Made by a program: the position numbers and the translations under genes. A stretch of DNA of 64,000 nt, from contig OZ253450.1 of assembly GCA_965261335.1 (NCBI GenBank), positions 2,519,492 through 2,583,491 on the forward strand, written 5' to 3'. The notes below the pieces were generated by a model. That model worked only from the letters and a program-made list of their open reading frames with translations, searched no databases and had not been told where the DNA came from. The DNA is from Candidatus Spongiihabitans sp. GTDB lineage: Bacteria > Pseudomonadota > Gammaproteobacteria > Arenicellales > Poriferihabitantaceae. Position 1 is the first letter of the stretch, and each line of letters opens with the position of its first letter. This document shows positions 46,496 through 57,058 of this stretch, piece by piece.

Positions 46496-47139
46496 TGCGT
46501 TGTATTTTTCTGGGTATTTTTTTGATGGCTGTTAATGGTGTCAATGCGGATGCGTTGAGATTAGGCGCTGCGAGCCGAATCGTTATTGATGGCGGCTATT
46601 TGTACTCGATGCCAATCCAAGCCCAGCTCGATGGCTACTCCACGTTTCGTGCCGTGCTGGTTGGTGGTGATGTCGATTTTCTGTCGCAAACAAGCACTGA
46701 GATTATTAAAACTGATCGGGGAGCCGCGTTGCAGTTTTGGACGCCGCGTCACCTTGCGAGCATAGATATTACAGCGCGTGTTGAGTATCAAGGGCGTTCA
46801 GTGAGCAAGACATATCGGTTGTTGCCGGTGGCAGAAATTGCCCAAGATGGGGAGGCACTTTTATACGGTTGTCGGCAACAATGGGTTATTCGCGGCACCT
46901 TGATCAACAATATTGTGCGTATTTTTCGTGAGTGTGGTCGCCGTTTGGGTCGCTGGCCTTTGTTGGCTGGTGCGGATTATGTTGACTTTGTGATTCTGCG
47001 ATCATTTGAGTTGCCTTTGGAAGGCGGTTTATCTGAGCTACTGGATTTTGTGCGAGCTCGATTTGGTTTCAAGGCAGCAACAAGTCAGTCAGATGATGTA
47101 ATCGGGTTTGTTGATCTCATTGCGGAGGGGAATTTTTAA
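46495..47139 (+). CDS. Secreted protein with a TcpQ/PilL-like C-terminal region
   Basis: Signal peptide. Position immediately upstream of the secretin. The C-terminal pattern resembles the PilL/TcpQ domain (weak, by eye). Confidence 0.4.
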   Translation: MRCIFLGIFLMAVNGVNADALRLGAASRIVIDGGYLYSMPIQAQLDGYSTFRAVLVGGDVDFLSQTSTEIIKTDRGAALQFWTPRHLASIDITARVEYQGRSVSKTYRLLPVAEIAQDGEALLYGCRQQWVIRGTLINNIVRIFRECGRRLGRWPLLAGADYVDFVILRSFELPLEGGLSELLDFVRARFGFKAATSQSDDVIGFVDLIAEGNF

Positions 47140-47140
47140 T

Positions 47141-48691
47141 ATGAAAATGATGTACAAAAAATTAAATGTATTTTGTCTTGTTGTGCTACTGGCTGGTTGT
47201 GGTGGAGGGGCAATAACCCCAGCCACAACCAGTTCTGTGAAAAACTTGGCATCGGAATCGCAAGTTAAACAGCAGATGTTTGATGCGGTATCGAATCAAT
47301 ATCCGGCACGAGATCACGACGTAGTAATCCCAAAGGATGCGTTATGGCTCGGAGACGCACGCAAAGCGCATTTTAAGCAGGGTGCAGCACGCACGTTGAT
47401 TCGTGCGTTAGCGGTACCGCATCCGGTCAAATTCAATGTAGCCGATGATGATGACCCGGTCGTTTATTCGCCGCCAGCGGCGGTCATTCTGAAGGACTAT
47501 TTTGATTCTTTTGCAGTTCAGAGTAATTGGTCATACAAGGTAGCCAATGGGGTGCTTATTTTTAGTGATTGGGAGTCGCGCACGATTCCGCTCGCGGCGT
47601 TGGTCGGGGAGGCATCGACGGTATTGAAAAGCACGAATGGTGCAGGGGTTGCGGCGCAAGAAAACAAACTGGTCGTAAGCACGGATGCTTACGCTGAAAT
47701 AGAAAAGATTGTTGCAGAAATTTTGCATACGCCGGACAACCCGGAGCCTGTCTTTCCTTCGACTATACAACCCATTAGAAGGTCTGTCGATGACTTGATT
47801 GTGCCTGACTTAGGTGCGGACACAGCGGTTTTTAGGGAAACATACCCAAGCCCGGCAAGCGCGCAAGCAGAGACTCGGGTTGCGCGGTATTCGGTCTCGC
47901 GTGCGGCAAATATGTTGTTTGTATCTGCCGCCCCGAATGAGATAAGAGAAGTTTTGACCGCCATGGAGCGATACAACGCCAGTGTCAGCAAACGTGTCGT
48001 GATAGACGTTACCGTGTATGACGTTACTTTGGCGGATGGTGATAAGCGATCTTTGAACTTGAATTTACTACGCGCTGCGGCGGGCACATTGGCATCGGTT
48101 GGAACGGGTGATGCTTTGACGATCGCACGGGTATCCTCTGCGACCGAGCGTGCGCGTAACCAGACGATTATTTTTGATTGGGTGGAGTCTCACGGCACGA
48201 TCAGTAAACGTATACATCGGCGTTTTGAGACTTTGAATAATCATGCAGTAACCTTTTTGGATACGGCAGAGATTGAGTACGTTAAGAAAATTGCACTCGT
48301 ACAGCAAACGAGCGGGGCGACTTCGAGCGTTACGCCGGAGGTCGAGATTGGCGCACATCAGATTGGTCGGGCGTTTAATCTATTTGCCACGATTATTGAC
48401 GATCGGGTGAATATACAAATGACCATCAATGATCGGCGGATCGGGGGTAGAGAGACGTATTCGCTGGGCAGTGCTGGGGAAGGCACATTACTGAACATTT
48501 TGAATATTGACAAAGTGATTCCGCTCAGTTTGCGCAATGGAGAGACCCGCGTATTAACGTATTTTCAAGATGAAAGTACGGAGACGAATCACACGCGCAA
48601 TAAAGTGTTGCCGGTGCTACTTGATGGCAAGAATGATCGTGTTGAGCGTAGCGAAACGGTGATTGTGATTAGTGCGGACGTAGTTGGCTAA
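47141..48691 (+). CDS. pilN: PilN-type lipoprotein secretin (type IVb thin pilus)
   Basis: Lipobox LLAGC. C-terminal secretin domain (...NHAVTFLDTAEIEYV...RNGETRVLTYFQD...VIVISADVV). Confidence 0.75.
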   Translation: MKMMYKKLNVFCLVVLLAGCGGGAITPATTSSVKNLASESQVKQQMFDAVSNQYPARDHDVVIPKDALWLGDARKAHFKQGAARTLIRALAVPHPVKFNVADDDDPVVYSPPAAVILKDYFDSFAVQSNWSYKVANGVLIFSDWESRTIPLAALVGEASTVLKSTNGAGVAAQENKLVVSTDAYAEIEKIVAEILHTPDNPEPVFPSTIQPIRRSVDDLIVPDLGADTAVFRETYPSPASAQAETRVARYSVSRAANMLFVSAAPNEIREVLTAMERYNASVSKRVVIDVTVYDVTLADGDKRSLNLNLLRAAAGTLASVGTGDALTIARVSSATERARNQTIIFDWVESHGTISKRIHRRFETLNNHAVTFLDTAEIEYVKKIALVQQTSGATSSVTPEVEIGAHQIGRAFNLFATIIDDRVNIQMTINDRRIGGRETYSLGSAGEGTLLNILNIDKVIPLSLRNGETRVLTYFQDESTETNHTRNKVLPVLLDGKNDRVERSETVIVISADVVG

Positions 48692-49959
48692 TGAGTATCA
48701 CAGGTGTCAGCAAAGAAAGCATGAATGGCGTTAAATTCACGCTGATCTATAACGCAGTGTCAACCTTTGTTGAAGGTAGCACCAGTCGGAAAATTAAATC
48801 CAAAAGCATCCGTCAAGTGGCGACGAAAAACAGATGTAGATATTGCTTGCGCGTTGTTGATGGGAGTCATGAGTTTTATTTTTTCGCCCCAAAATACGGG
48901 ATTTCCTTTGCGCGTCAGCTTGAATATTTCATTGCCAACAGCGGTAACCCGCGCTGGCAGGAAGATGTCAAAGTATTGATCATTATTGCATTAGACAGCA
49001 GGGTATATATGGCCGAAATCACCCGTGGCGAAGTGGTCAATGAACATGTGCTGGTGGTTGCAGTGGCGCGGGATAGGATTAACGAAATGAGTCAAACAGT
49101 ACATCAGATATTTTGGATTGCGGGTGGTCATAGTCAGACGGAACTAGGCATAGATGGATTGACTGAAATAGAAGATGGTGCGATTACGGTCAAAAAAGAT
49201 AAGGCGTTTACGTTTAGCTCTTTATCAATATTGATGACGCGGCACCTGTTATTTCATCCGTCACAGGTGATGTGTACGCTACCTATTTTAATCATTAGTC
49301 TGCTCGGGTCTGTGGGCTACATTGAATATCGAAATGAGATTGAACGTGCCTTTTTGTCCGCGCAGGAGGCGGCAGCGAAGGAGAGAAACCGCGTGGCCCG
49401 GGTCGCTAAAGAAGGCACATCTAAAAGCGATGCAAATCATTCAGGCTCTGTTAATTTGCTCAGTCTATTAAGCGTATTTCAGCAGTCCATGTCCTTGTCG
49501 GCTGATGGTGTTGCCGAACTAAGATGGAATCGCACTGGCGTTAAAATGAGTGGTAAGAGCGCGCACTTTCCGCATCGAGCAGCGCAGCTTGGTCGAGAAT
49601 CAGATTGGCACTTTCGGCTATCGAACGAGGGTTGGACAGTGCAACAATCTAGTTTAGCGCATACGAATAATAAACGACCGACGGTCGGCGGGACCGCGAT
49701 GCGACACTCGCTGTTTTCTTTGTCCAATGTGTCGCATTCTGAGATGAAAATAACGGATACCTTATACGCAGATGAATATGAAGTGATTGAGTTTGTATTA
49801 ACCATGCGGGTGGGGATTCAAACTGCATTGGTGAAATTGTCTGAGGCAATGCACGATAAACCGTATCGCTTGGATAGTGCCTTGTGCCGATTTTCTGGTC
49901 GGCGCACTGCAGTTTGCAATATAGCAATGACCGCCAAATATGGAGAGCAACATGACTAA
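48691..49959 (+). CDS. PilO-position pilus biogenesis protein
   Basis: Size, single mid-protein TM and position match R64 pilO. No motif-level evidence. Confidence 0.45.
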   Translation: MSITGVSKESMNGVKFTLIYNAVSTFVEGSTSRKIKSKSIRQVATKNRCRYCLRVVDGSHEFYFFAPKYGISFARQLEYFIANSGNPRWQEDVKVLIIIALDSRVYMAEITRGEVVNEHVLVVAVARDRINEMSQTVHQIFWIAGGHSQTELGIDGLTEIEDGAITVKKDKAFTFSSLSILMTRHLLFHPSQVMCTLPILIISLLGSVGYIEYRNEIERAFLSAQEAAAKERNRVARVAKEGTSKSDANHSGSVNLLSLLSVFQQSMSLSADGVAELRWNRTGVKMSGKSAHFPHRAAQLGRESDWHFRLSNEGWTVQQSSLAHTNNKRPTVGGTAMRHSLFSLSNVSHSEMKITDTLYADEYEVIEFVLTMRVGIQTALVKLSEAMHDKPYRLDSALCRFSGRRTAVCNIAMTAKYGEQHD

Positions 49960-50511
49960 ATTTAGACGTTTATCAAACCTGTTGTTGTTGTGCTTATTGG
50001 TTTCTGTTGCCAGTGCGCAGGAAACCAATCCAACGGCATCTGATGCGGTGTTATTTGAGTTGTCCGGCAACATTGAGTTAGCAGAGCAGATAAAGAATCT
50101 AGCTGATTTGATACGAGAACTGCCAGAAGGATCGCTTTCTGCTGAGGTAATTAGTGCTTATTTTGGTACGAAAACGCAAAGCATCGTCCTTGCGCTTGCG
50201 GATGTACTGCATAAGACCCCGCGCAACAATGCCACCCCTGCGGCAACAGTGGTGTCTAAACGAGATGCGGATTCCGGTTGTTTGATTGGCGCAGTGCCCA
50301 TATTGTTTTTGCGGAAGTGCGTACCAGCCATGCGCCCGGCATGGTTGTTTTTGCGTACGACGGTCAAACCTATAGCGGTCGTGAAGGGCGTTCTTTCACG
50401 ATTTGCGGTAAAAAATATCTTGTTGTGAATATCAAATATTTATCCGCGTTGGAACTGCAGGTTTCGGTTAAAACCAAATATGGAATAACACCACTGCACT
50501 ATAAAATATAA
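49952..50511 (+). pseudogene. PilP-like lipoprotein/periplasmic protein, apparently frameshifted near 50290
   Basis: The signal peptide frame (MTKFRRLSNLLLLCLLVSVASA) runs into nonsense, while the beta-rich C-terminal domain (AHIVFAEV...MVVFAYDGQTYSGREG...YLVVNI) is in another frame ending at 50511. Confidence 0.5.
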
Positions 50512-51986
50512 TGGAATTAAAGCAGGTAACACCGCTGGACAAATCTACAGATGGTGAAATTAATGCGCTGCTGAGAGCCAATAAATCATCGTTACGCGCA
50601 ATTGTTTTGTCAAGTGGCAAAGTGTTCTATGTGTCATCAAAAAGCCCCAAACTGGAATCTATCCTGTTTAAGCTGATTCAGCGGGTCTATGGAACAGTTG
50701 AGAAAGTTCGGGTTACGCCGCTTGAGTTTGATCAGTCGCAAAGGAAATTTGATGCATCGAAAACAGCACAAGTAGAAAAAAGTAAAGTCAACACGTCAAT
50801 GGAGTGGGTTTTTGATGAAGCGATTAAACAGCGCGCTTCGGATGTCTATTTGTTCATCGGCAAGGATGCGACCCGCTTGGAATATAAGGTCTATGGCTTT
50901 AAGCGGCTGATTGATACCTTTGATGTTGAGCAAGGTCGTCGTTTAGCATCTTTGATATGGTCGTCAGCGAATAGTCAGTTTGATCAGTCGAGTCCGTGCG
51001 ATGCGAGTTTTTCGTTTGATTGTCAAGGAAAGACATACCGTATCCGGGCAAACTCTGTCTGTACGTCCGATGGTGGTAATACGATTGCTTGTCGAATCCG
51101 TGATCCAAAAGAGATTTTGCTGGTTGAGGATTTGGGATATGGGGACTCACAATTACTCGCACTCAAGGAGATTTGTGGTGCCGCTGGTGGGTTGGTATTA
51201 TTTACGGGTGCGACGAATTCGGGCAAATCTACGTCGGTTACTGCATTGATGGGTTCGGTGCCAAAAACGGATCATATGATTGAGGTTGCTGATCCGGTGG
51301 AGGTTGAATTAGAGAATTGTACGCATGTCGAAATAGATCGTTATCATAAAAACCACGAAGAGATTTTTAGTCGTGTTTTAGCGTCCTTCGTGCGCCAGAA
51401 CCCGGATGTTTTGGTGCTTGGTGAGATTCGCGATGAGCGCACTGCCGCGGCTGCGGTGAATATGGCGATACAGGGTAAGCGGGTTTATTCAACTCTACAT
51501 TCAACGACTGCGGCCGGCGTTTTTGCGCGTTTGCATGGCTTAGGTGTGCCCGATCACGTTCTAGCGTTGCCTGACTTTATCGCCGGCGTTATATCGCAGA
51601 ATCTGGTTCCCATGCCTTGTCCTGCTTGTGCGGTATCCTATCAACAAGTGAGCCTACAAAAATCGTCCTACGAAATAAGCACCTTAGGCGGTCTTGATCA
51701 TGCTCGTTTGCGTTTTATGAATGAATCAGGCTGCGATAGTTGTATTAAGGGCATTATTGGTCAAACTTTGGTCGCGGAAGTACATCCATATACCCTTGAC
51801 GATGGCAAGGTGTACGAGATTATCACTGCCAAAGCATTTCATTTACTCACCGATTATATGTGTCGCGAGCATCATGTCATGAGTAAAGCCGCACACGCGA
51901 GAGAAAAAATGAATCGTGGTGAAATCGATCCATTTGCGACGATGCGGATTATTGGTAATTTTCGTGCAGAAAAGTGGGCAGTTTGA
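50511..51986 (+). CDS. pilQ: PilQ-type (GspE/PilB family) pilus assembly ATPase
   Basis: Walker A GATNSGKST, Asp box, Walker B VLVLGEIRD, His box, CxxC...CxxC cluster. Confidence 0.88.
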   Translation: MELKQVTPLDKSTDGEINALLRANKSSLRAIVLSSGKVFYVSSKSPKLESILFKLIQRVYGTVEKVRVTPLEFDQSQRKFDASKTAQVEKSKVNTSMEWVFDEAIKQRASDVYLFIGKDATRLEYKVYGFKRLIDTFDVEQGRRLASLIWSSANSQFDQSSPCDASFSFDCQGKTYRIRANSVCTSDGGNTIACRIRDPKEILLVEDLGYGDSQLLALKEICGAAGGLVLFTGATNSGKSTSVTALMGSVPKTDHMIEVADPVEVELENCTHVEIDRYHKNHEEIFSRVLASFVRQNPDVLVLGEIRDERTAAAAVNMAIQGKRVYSTLHSTTAAGVFARLHGLGVPDHVLALPDFIAGVISQNLVPMPCPACAVSYQQVSLQKSSYEISTLGGLDHARLRFMNESGCDSCIKGIIGQTLVAEVHPYTLDDGKVYEIITAKAFHLLTDYMCREHHVMSKAAHAREKMNRGEIDPFATMRIIGNFRAEKWAV

Positions 51987-53008
51987 ATAGAGCGGTCAAC
52001 GTATTTAATCAATGGATACGTTTCCCCAAAGAAGCGCGTGCGATGTTTTATGAAGTCATGGAAGCGCAATTGGAGGCTGGTTTGCCCTTAAAGAAAGTGT
52101 TTGAAGTTTTACATCGTGATTTGAACGTATCGCCTGAAATAACGCGGGTGTCTGCTGCTGGCTATCAAGCGATCAGTCAAGGTCGGTTAGGCACTGAGGG
52201 ACTCGCTGATTGTAACTTGCTGCCGGTGGATGAGGCTTATTTGCTCATTGCGGCGGAAAAAAAAGATGTCTTGATTCAAGTTTTGCGCCAACTGCGTGAG
52301 CGCGCAGAAGCGGATGCTACGTTCTGCCAAGATGTCATTGTAGCGAATTTGTATTATATCGTCTTGGTGTCGCTACTGGGTTACATGGCACTTAAAACCA
52401 AGGATCTCGCAACCGCTTTCGGTAATTTTGTTTCATTGGATGACAATCCAGCCTATCAATTAAGTCTAACACTCAATGAGTATGGGACTCCGGTCGCGTT
52501 TAGTGTCGTTATCATTAGCATCTTCGTTTGGTTTTGTGCCAATCATTGGTATCACCCATTGCGCCGTTATGTGTGGTTTTTTTCAACGGATATACAGCTG
52601 CAAATTGGTGTTAAATTTAGTGCGTTATCGAGTGCTTTTTATTCAATTGGCGCAACACACAGTGATGTGTTGCAAGCGGCGACAGCCGTTTTTCATGGCT
52701 CGGGCTTTATGCGCGGTGCGCTTGCAGATTTGATTGCTCGGTATGAGTCTGAAGGTGATTCGTATAATGAGGCGTTAGGTGACACCGTGTTGCATCCGGA
52801 CATTGCGATGGCAATTATGGCAATGACACCGGCGGAGGATCGGGCGGCTTTTTCTCGCGCACATGTTGCTGCCGAAAAGTTGCAAATCAGTTTGATTAAA
52901 CAACGCCACGGCAAAGCAAAATTGTTAGTGCAATTGGTATTGCTGGGGGCAATTAGTTATATGCTTCTGACGATGTTGATTGGTTTATATAGTGAGACTT
53001 TTGCATAA
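51974..53008 (+). CDS. pilR: PilR-type (GspF/PilC family) platform protein; last 4 codons supplied by IS5 copy B
   Basis: Two GspF-like repeats with TM helices. The IS end begins at 52994, so the tail ETFA is IS-encoded. The native tail IYNF-stop is readable after the IS at 54276. Confidence 0.8.
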   Translation: MGSLNRAVNVFNQWIRFPKEARAMFYEVMEAQLEAGLPLKKVFEVLHRDLNVSPEITRVSAAGYQAISQGRLGTEGLADCNLLPVDEAYLLIAAEKKDVLIQVLRQLRERAEADATFCQDVIVANLYYIVLVSLLGYMALKTKDLATAFGNFVSLDDNPAYQLSLTLNEYGTPVAFSVVIISIFVWFCANHWYHPLRRYVWFFSTDIQLQIGVKFSALSSAFYSIGATHSDVLQAATAVFHGSGFMRGALADLIARYESEGDSYNEALGDTVLHPDIAMAIMAMTPAEDRAAFSRAHVAAEKLQISLIKQRHGKAKLLVQLVLLGAISYMLLTMLIGLYSETFA

Positions 53009-54270
53009 TCCACAAAACACCCCTCGCAACTCACAAACAACGTGATTTTTTATAAATTTGCCTCATTTTTTCGCCCATGTTCTCTCAATCATCAATACGA
53101 CACCAAAAAAGCCTCTATTTCGGCACTTTTAACCACTTTTAGTGGGTTTTTATCTGTTTTATTGCCCATTTAGGCACAACTCTCCTTTAAACGTTGCAGT
53201 TCTTTGAAAATATTCATCCCAGTTTTAAGGTTATGGCTCATGGCAATCAGATGTGCGCGGGGTTTGTTTCTGGCTAACCCCATGTATCTTGCCTTGCCTA
53301 ATCCGTGATGCAGTTTGAGCAAACCAAAGGTGCGTTCAACCACATAGCGGACACTGCTATACATTTTATTCAGTGCTTTTTGTTGCTCCGTTAATGGTGT
53401 GTTGCGATAAGCTCGGTGCAGGATTCTATTGTCTGCTTTACCCAGTTTCTCGTCATTGTTGGCACTTGTGCCCTGTGGGTATAGGCACTGTCTGCGTAAA
53501 CTTGTCCGTGCCTATCGCCTAACAGATGTTCAAACTCCCCAAAATCATGCAATGAATCATGCACATTGCCAGGCGTAGTGGTCATTTTCTTGATAACCAT
53601 CTTCATCGGTATTGGCGTGCAACTTAAATCCGTAGGTACTTTTACGCCTGCCATCGGATGCCGTTTTCACGTTCCATGCCGCTTCTGGGTCTTGGGTATT
53701 GTCGCCTTGTTTGTTCTTTTTAGAACGGCATTGCTTCGCCTCAATCACAGTCGCATCGATAATATTGACCGAGCCTGTGGCAACAATAAGACTGTTTTTA
53801 GCGAGATGGTTATTGATCTGCACCAATAAAGAATCAAGCAGATTTTCGGTGTGTAATAAGTTCCTAAACCGCCAAATAGTGGAATGATCGGGTACTGCAT
53901 CACTGAGACTCAAACCAATAAACCGGCGGAACATTAAATCCCGGGCTATCTGTTCTTCTAAGGCTTCATCGCTTAAGTTATACCACGCCTGTAAAATCAG
54001 TATCTTAAACATCATCAAAGGTGGGTATGCTGGCACACCGCGCTTGCTGGCATAAAGATGGCTGAGCGTTTTTTCGATCTGTTTCCAATCGATAATTTCA
54101 TGCACATCATCTAGTTTGGACAATGACTTATGCTCAATTAAAAGGGCATCTGCGAACGAGTATTGGGCGGTTTGTTTCCAAGACATTTGACGGTATCCTC
54201 AAGGGTTTATTGAATGAACGCTATTTTACCATTTTAAGTGGGGCCCTGGGTGGATTTATGCAAAGGTCTC
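52994..54270 (-). mobile_element. IS5-family IS, copy B (transposase frameshifted), simple insertion with a 5-bp flanking direct repeat ATAGT
   Basis: Same inverted repeats as copy A. ATAGT at 52989-52993 and 54271-54275. ORF fragments at 53557-54186, 53391-53654 and 53170-53364. 17-nt insert at 53464-53480. Confidence 0.88.
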
Positions 54271-54313
54271 ATAGTATTTATAATTTTTAATTTTTTAATA
54301 GCGAGGTTTTATT

Positions 54314-54784
54314 ATGTTGCAAAAAATAGGTTGTTTGTTAAGGGGAAAAGAGAGAAATCAAGCTGGCATTACCATTGTTGAGATTAGCGTGGGGTTGGCA
54401 ATTATCGCTTTTTTGGCGGTCTTTCTGGGACCGCGTGTGGCTGGGTTATTCAGCAAGACGCGGGTGGAATTAGCCTCGCAAGAAATTATTCCTTTGGTGG
54501 TTGCATCGCAACAGTATCGGCAGGTGAACGGAGGTTATGCCGATATTTCATTTGCCGCACTTGATACGGGAGGTTATCACATTGAGCCTTTTTCAGAGGC
54601 GAATATGAAAAACGCTTACGGCAAAGATGTAGCGTTGACTTCGGGATCAAGCGGTGCTGCTGCGGTGCTGACGTACTTAACAGACGAAGACAGTGACTGC
54701 GCTCAAATAAGCAAGAGAATAGGTGCGTTAAATCCAGTGACTGCATCCTGTACCGGCAACAGTCTTGTGGTGACCATTAATTGA
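54314..54784 (+). CDS. pilS: Type IVb prepilin (PilS-like major pilin)
   Basis: Long basic leader ending ...NQAG, then ITIVEISVGLAIIAFLAVF with Glu at +5. Confidence 0.8.
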   Translation: MLQKIGCLLRGKERNQAGITIVEISVGLAIIAFLAVFLGPRVAGLFSKTRVELASQEIIPLVVASQQYRQVNGGYADISFAALDTGGYHIEPFSEANMKNAYGKDVALTSGSSGAAAVLTYLTDEDSDCAQISKRIGALNPVTASCTGNSLVVTIN

Positions 54785-55206
54785 GTTTAGTTCAGACGAC
54801 TGTTTTTCTGGCTATGGTAGCAACATTAGTGGCTGCCATAGGCGTGAAATATAATGGTCGTCTTGAAGACGAGATGTTGCGAGCGGATATTGAGTGTTTA
54901 TTGGGCATCGCAGCGTGCTGGGAAGACAATAAAGACTCTTTTGCAAGTGCTGGTTGGACGCGATGCCAAGCGGGCAAGAAGACACGAGTTATTTTTCGTG
55001 TCGGTGGTGTTACGCAAAAATGGTCAGAGAAACAGCTACTGCGTTTTGGCGGAACGAAGATTGAAGGCGGGATGTGTAGGTTGCGTGATACGGATGGCAA
55101 GTGTGTACCGGGTGCTGGGAGCTGCATTGTTTTTGAGCGATTACCAGTGCGTACAGCGATCGGTATTAACGCTTTTCAAGAGTTAATCACCGGTGGTTGG
55201 AATTGA
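54781..55206 (+). CDS. Hypothetical pilin-like protein without a prepilin cleavage motif
   Basis: TTG start overlapping the pilS stop. Hydrophobic N-terminal helix (LVQTTVFLAMVATLVAAIG) but no G-1/E+5. Confidence 0.4.
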   Translation: MSLVQTTVFLAMVATLVAAIGVKYNGRLEDEMLRADIECLLGIAACWEDNKDSFASAGWTRCQAGKKTRVIFRVGGVTQKWSEKQLLRFGGTKIEGGMCRLRDTDGKCVPGAGSCIVFERLPVRTAIGINAFQELITGGWN

Positions 55207-55226
55207 GACCGAGCGAGGTATGAGTA

Positions 55227-56171
55227 ATGAGTGCAGAAAAAACAAATAGCCAAGCGGGTTTTAGCTTAATTGAGATGACAGTTGTGTTGGCTATATTGGC
55301 GATTGGGGCGACCACCGCTATGAGTGTTGTTAATAATCGCCTAGAAGAAGCGGTTACGACGAGAACAGTCGCTGATTTAAGGGTTGTAGCAGAAGCGGCT
55401 TATGAGTGTTATGTTGCTGGAAATTGCAAGGATGCTGATAATGGAGGCTGGGCTTCGTCTATAACGACTGCAACGGGTGGTGTATCGGCTAATACAATAT
55501 TAGGGGATTTAGGGGATTATTTGCCTGTTGGATTGTCGGATCGTTATAAATTCAAAGTTCTAAGCCCCAACGCAGACGGGATTGTGAAACGTGCGAAAGT
55601 GCGTGTTGATATGGAAAATCCCGGAAGCGCAAAGCGCGTTGCTCGAACGTTTGGTTCCAGTGCTGAGGCAACCAATACTTTTGTGGTTGTAACGCTTGGC
55701 ATACCGGGTACAGAGCGAGCGATATACCGGGCAAAAGAAGCCGTAAAGGAAGAGATTAAATCGAATGATTTGGTTTTCACTAATAAACACGATATTTCTG
55801 GTGTTGGCGATGTCAGCGTAGAGAGTGCAACTATCGGTGGTGTTCGGTTGAGAGCCCGAGAGTCCGCCGCCTTGGTGTCCGTTCTTTCGTTATCTTGCCC
55901 ATCGGGTCTTGCCGTTGACGATGGTGTTTTCATGTGTTCTCCAGAAACCCCTGCGCCCCCTGCGCCAATCACCTGTAACGGTGTTCCAATTGGTCAAGAA
56001 ATTCCGGGGACAAGAGTAGTCGGTCCCTGTGTTGTGCCGTACGTTATATGTATCGGTGGCTATGAATATGGGGGGCAGAAAAAGACAACATGGAATACAT
56101 GTCTCGCTGGTGGGCGGAGTGAGCAAAGAAGCCAGACAAGTAGTTGCACACTCCGTTCCAGTAGATGCTGA
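55227..56171 (+). CDS. pilV: PilV-like minor pilin/adhesin (type IV prepilin)
   Basis: Leader ...SQAG / FSLIEMTVVLAILAIG (G-1, F+1, E+5). Cys-rich C-terminal region. Confidence 0.8.
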   Translation: MSAEKTNSQAGFSLIEMTVVLAILAIGATTAMSVVNNRLEEAVTTRTVADLRVVAEAAYECYVAGNCKDADNGGWASSITTATGGVSANTILGDLGDYLPVGLSDRYKFKVLSPNADGIVKRAKVRVDMENPGSAKRVARTFGSSAEATNTFVVVTLGIPGTERAIYRAKEAVKEEIKSNDLVFTNKHDISGVGDVSVESATIGGVRLRARESAALVSVLSLSCPSGLAVDDGVFMCSPETPAPPAPITCNGVPIGQEIPGTRVVGPCVVPYVICIGGYEYGGQKKTTWNTCLAGGRSEQRSQTSSCTLRSSRC

Positions 56172-56492
56172 CGAGATGCCGCTGTTACACTGTCGTATGA
56201 GTACTCGTACATTACCTCCACGAAATGTTAAAAGTATGCGTGGATAGAGAACGAGCAACCCTTTAACTGCAACACATTCAAAATGGATTGATAACCGCGC
56301 CAATCGGCGTAATGTTAAAAGTTTGCTTGTGCGATGTCAATTTATCGCATATAGTGGTAGCCGTTTGGTCGGCAAGGTCCGTCAGGGGGATACACTCCAA
56401 CAACATGTAAGGTTGCGAACAACCGACATCTAACTGCATTGTGCATGATGTTCCGGCCAGACCCTGTTTTTATAAATTAAATACATATTGAG

Positions 56493-56759
56493 ATGAACAT
56501 GCCGGTTGAAGAAACTCAGAATCAATTAAGTGGCGATGCGACCGAACGAGTCACGATTAGATTATCAGTAAAGGATGTACAAGTACTCAACCAATTGGCT
56601 GAAATAATTGGTTCAACCAAAGAACATTTGGCTAGAAAGTTTATTTTAGAATCTGCCGAGGATATGGCGGATACGATTATTGCGAAGGAGGAGATAGAGT
56701 CAATTCGAACAGGCAAAAGCAAACTTCGTACTTGGGAAGAAGCGGGGCTTGATTTTTGA
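56493..56759 (+). CDS. RHH/RelB-like antitoxin
   Basis: ERVTIRLSVKDVQVLNQLAEIIG ribbon-helix-helix start. 4-nt overlap with the toxin gene. Confidence 0.65.
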   Translation: MNMPVEETQNQLSGDATERVTIRLSVKDVQVLNQLAEIIGSTKEHLARKFILESAEDMADTIIAKEEIESIRTGKSKLRTWEEAGLDF

Positions 56760-57058
56760 CATGGGAGATTAAGCTTTCTGACTTGGCTGTTGAATCGTTC
56801 AAAAAAATGGACAAACAGGCTGGAAGCAGAATTAAAAATAAACTCTATAATCGCCTAGCAAAGCAAGAGGATCCCCGCAGACATCCTCATGTTAAGAAAA
56901 TAGTAGGCGTACAGAATCTTTTTCGGTACCGTGTTGGTGATTACCGTGTGCTATTTAGGGTGCTGGATCATCAAGTAGTAATTATTGTTGTTGATGCCGG
57001 ACATCGGTCAAAAATATACGACAGGGCAACGAAAATAAAGGGCGAATTCAATCCATAA
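56756..57058 (+). CDS. RelE/ParE-superfamily toxin, 3' end replaced by the IS30 terminus
   Basis: FRYRVGDYRVLFRV.DHQVVIIVVDAGHRSKIY is the classic RelE/StbE signature. The IS30 inverted repeat starts at 57044. Confidence 0.8.
   Translation: MTWEIKLSDLAVESFKKMDKQAGSRIKNKLYNRLAKQEDPRRHPHVKKIVGVQNLFRYRVGDYRVLFRVLDHQVVIIVVDAGHRSKIYDRATKIKGEFNP

Noticed and set aside
36659-54270. Large inversion between the oppositely oriented IS5 copies A and B
   Set aside because: Copy B has a clean 5-bp flanking duplication, and the pilR-pilS adjacency across it is native. Undoing such an inversion would break the trbI-pil and pilR-pilS junctions. A deletion next to copy A explains the data better.
56172-56492. 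Shufflon or alternative pilV C-terminal segments downstream of pilV
   Set aside because: There is only a short direct repeat (AATGTTAAAAGT at 56224 and 56311). There are no inverted sfx-like repeats, no alternative C-terminal ORF segments, and no rci-type recombinase nearby.
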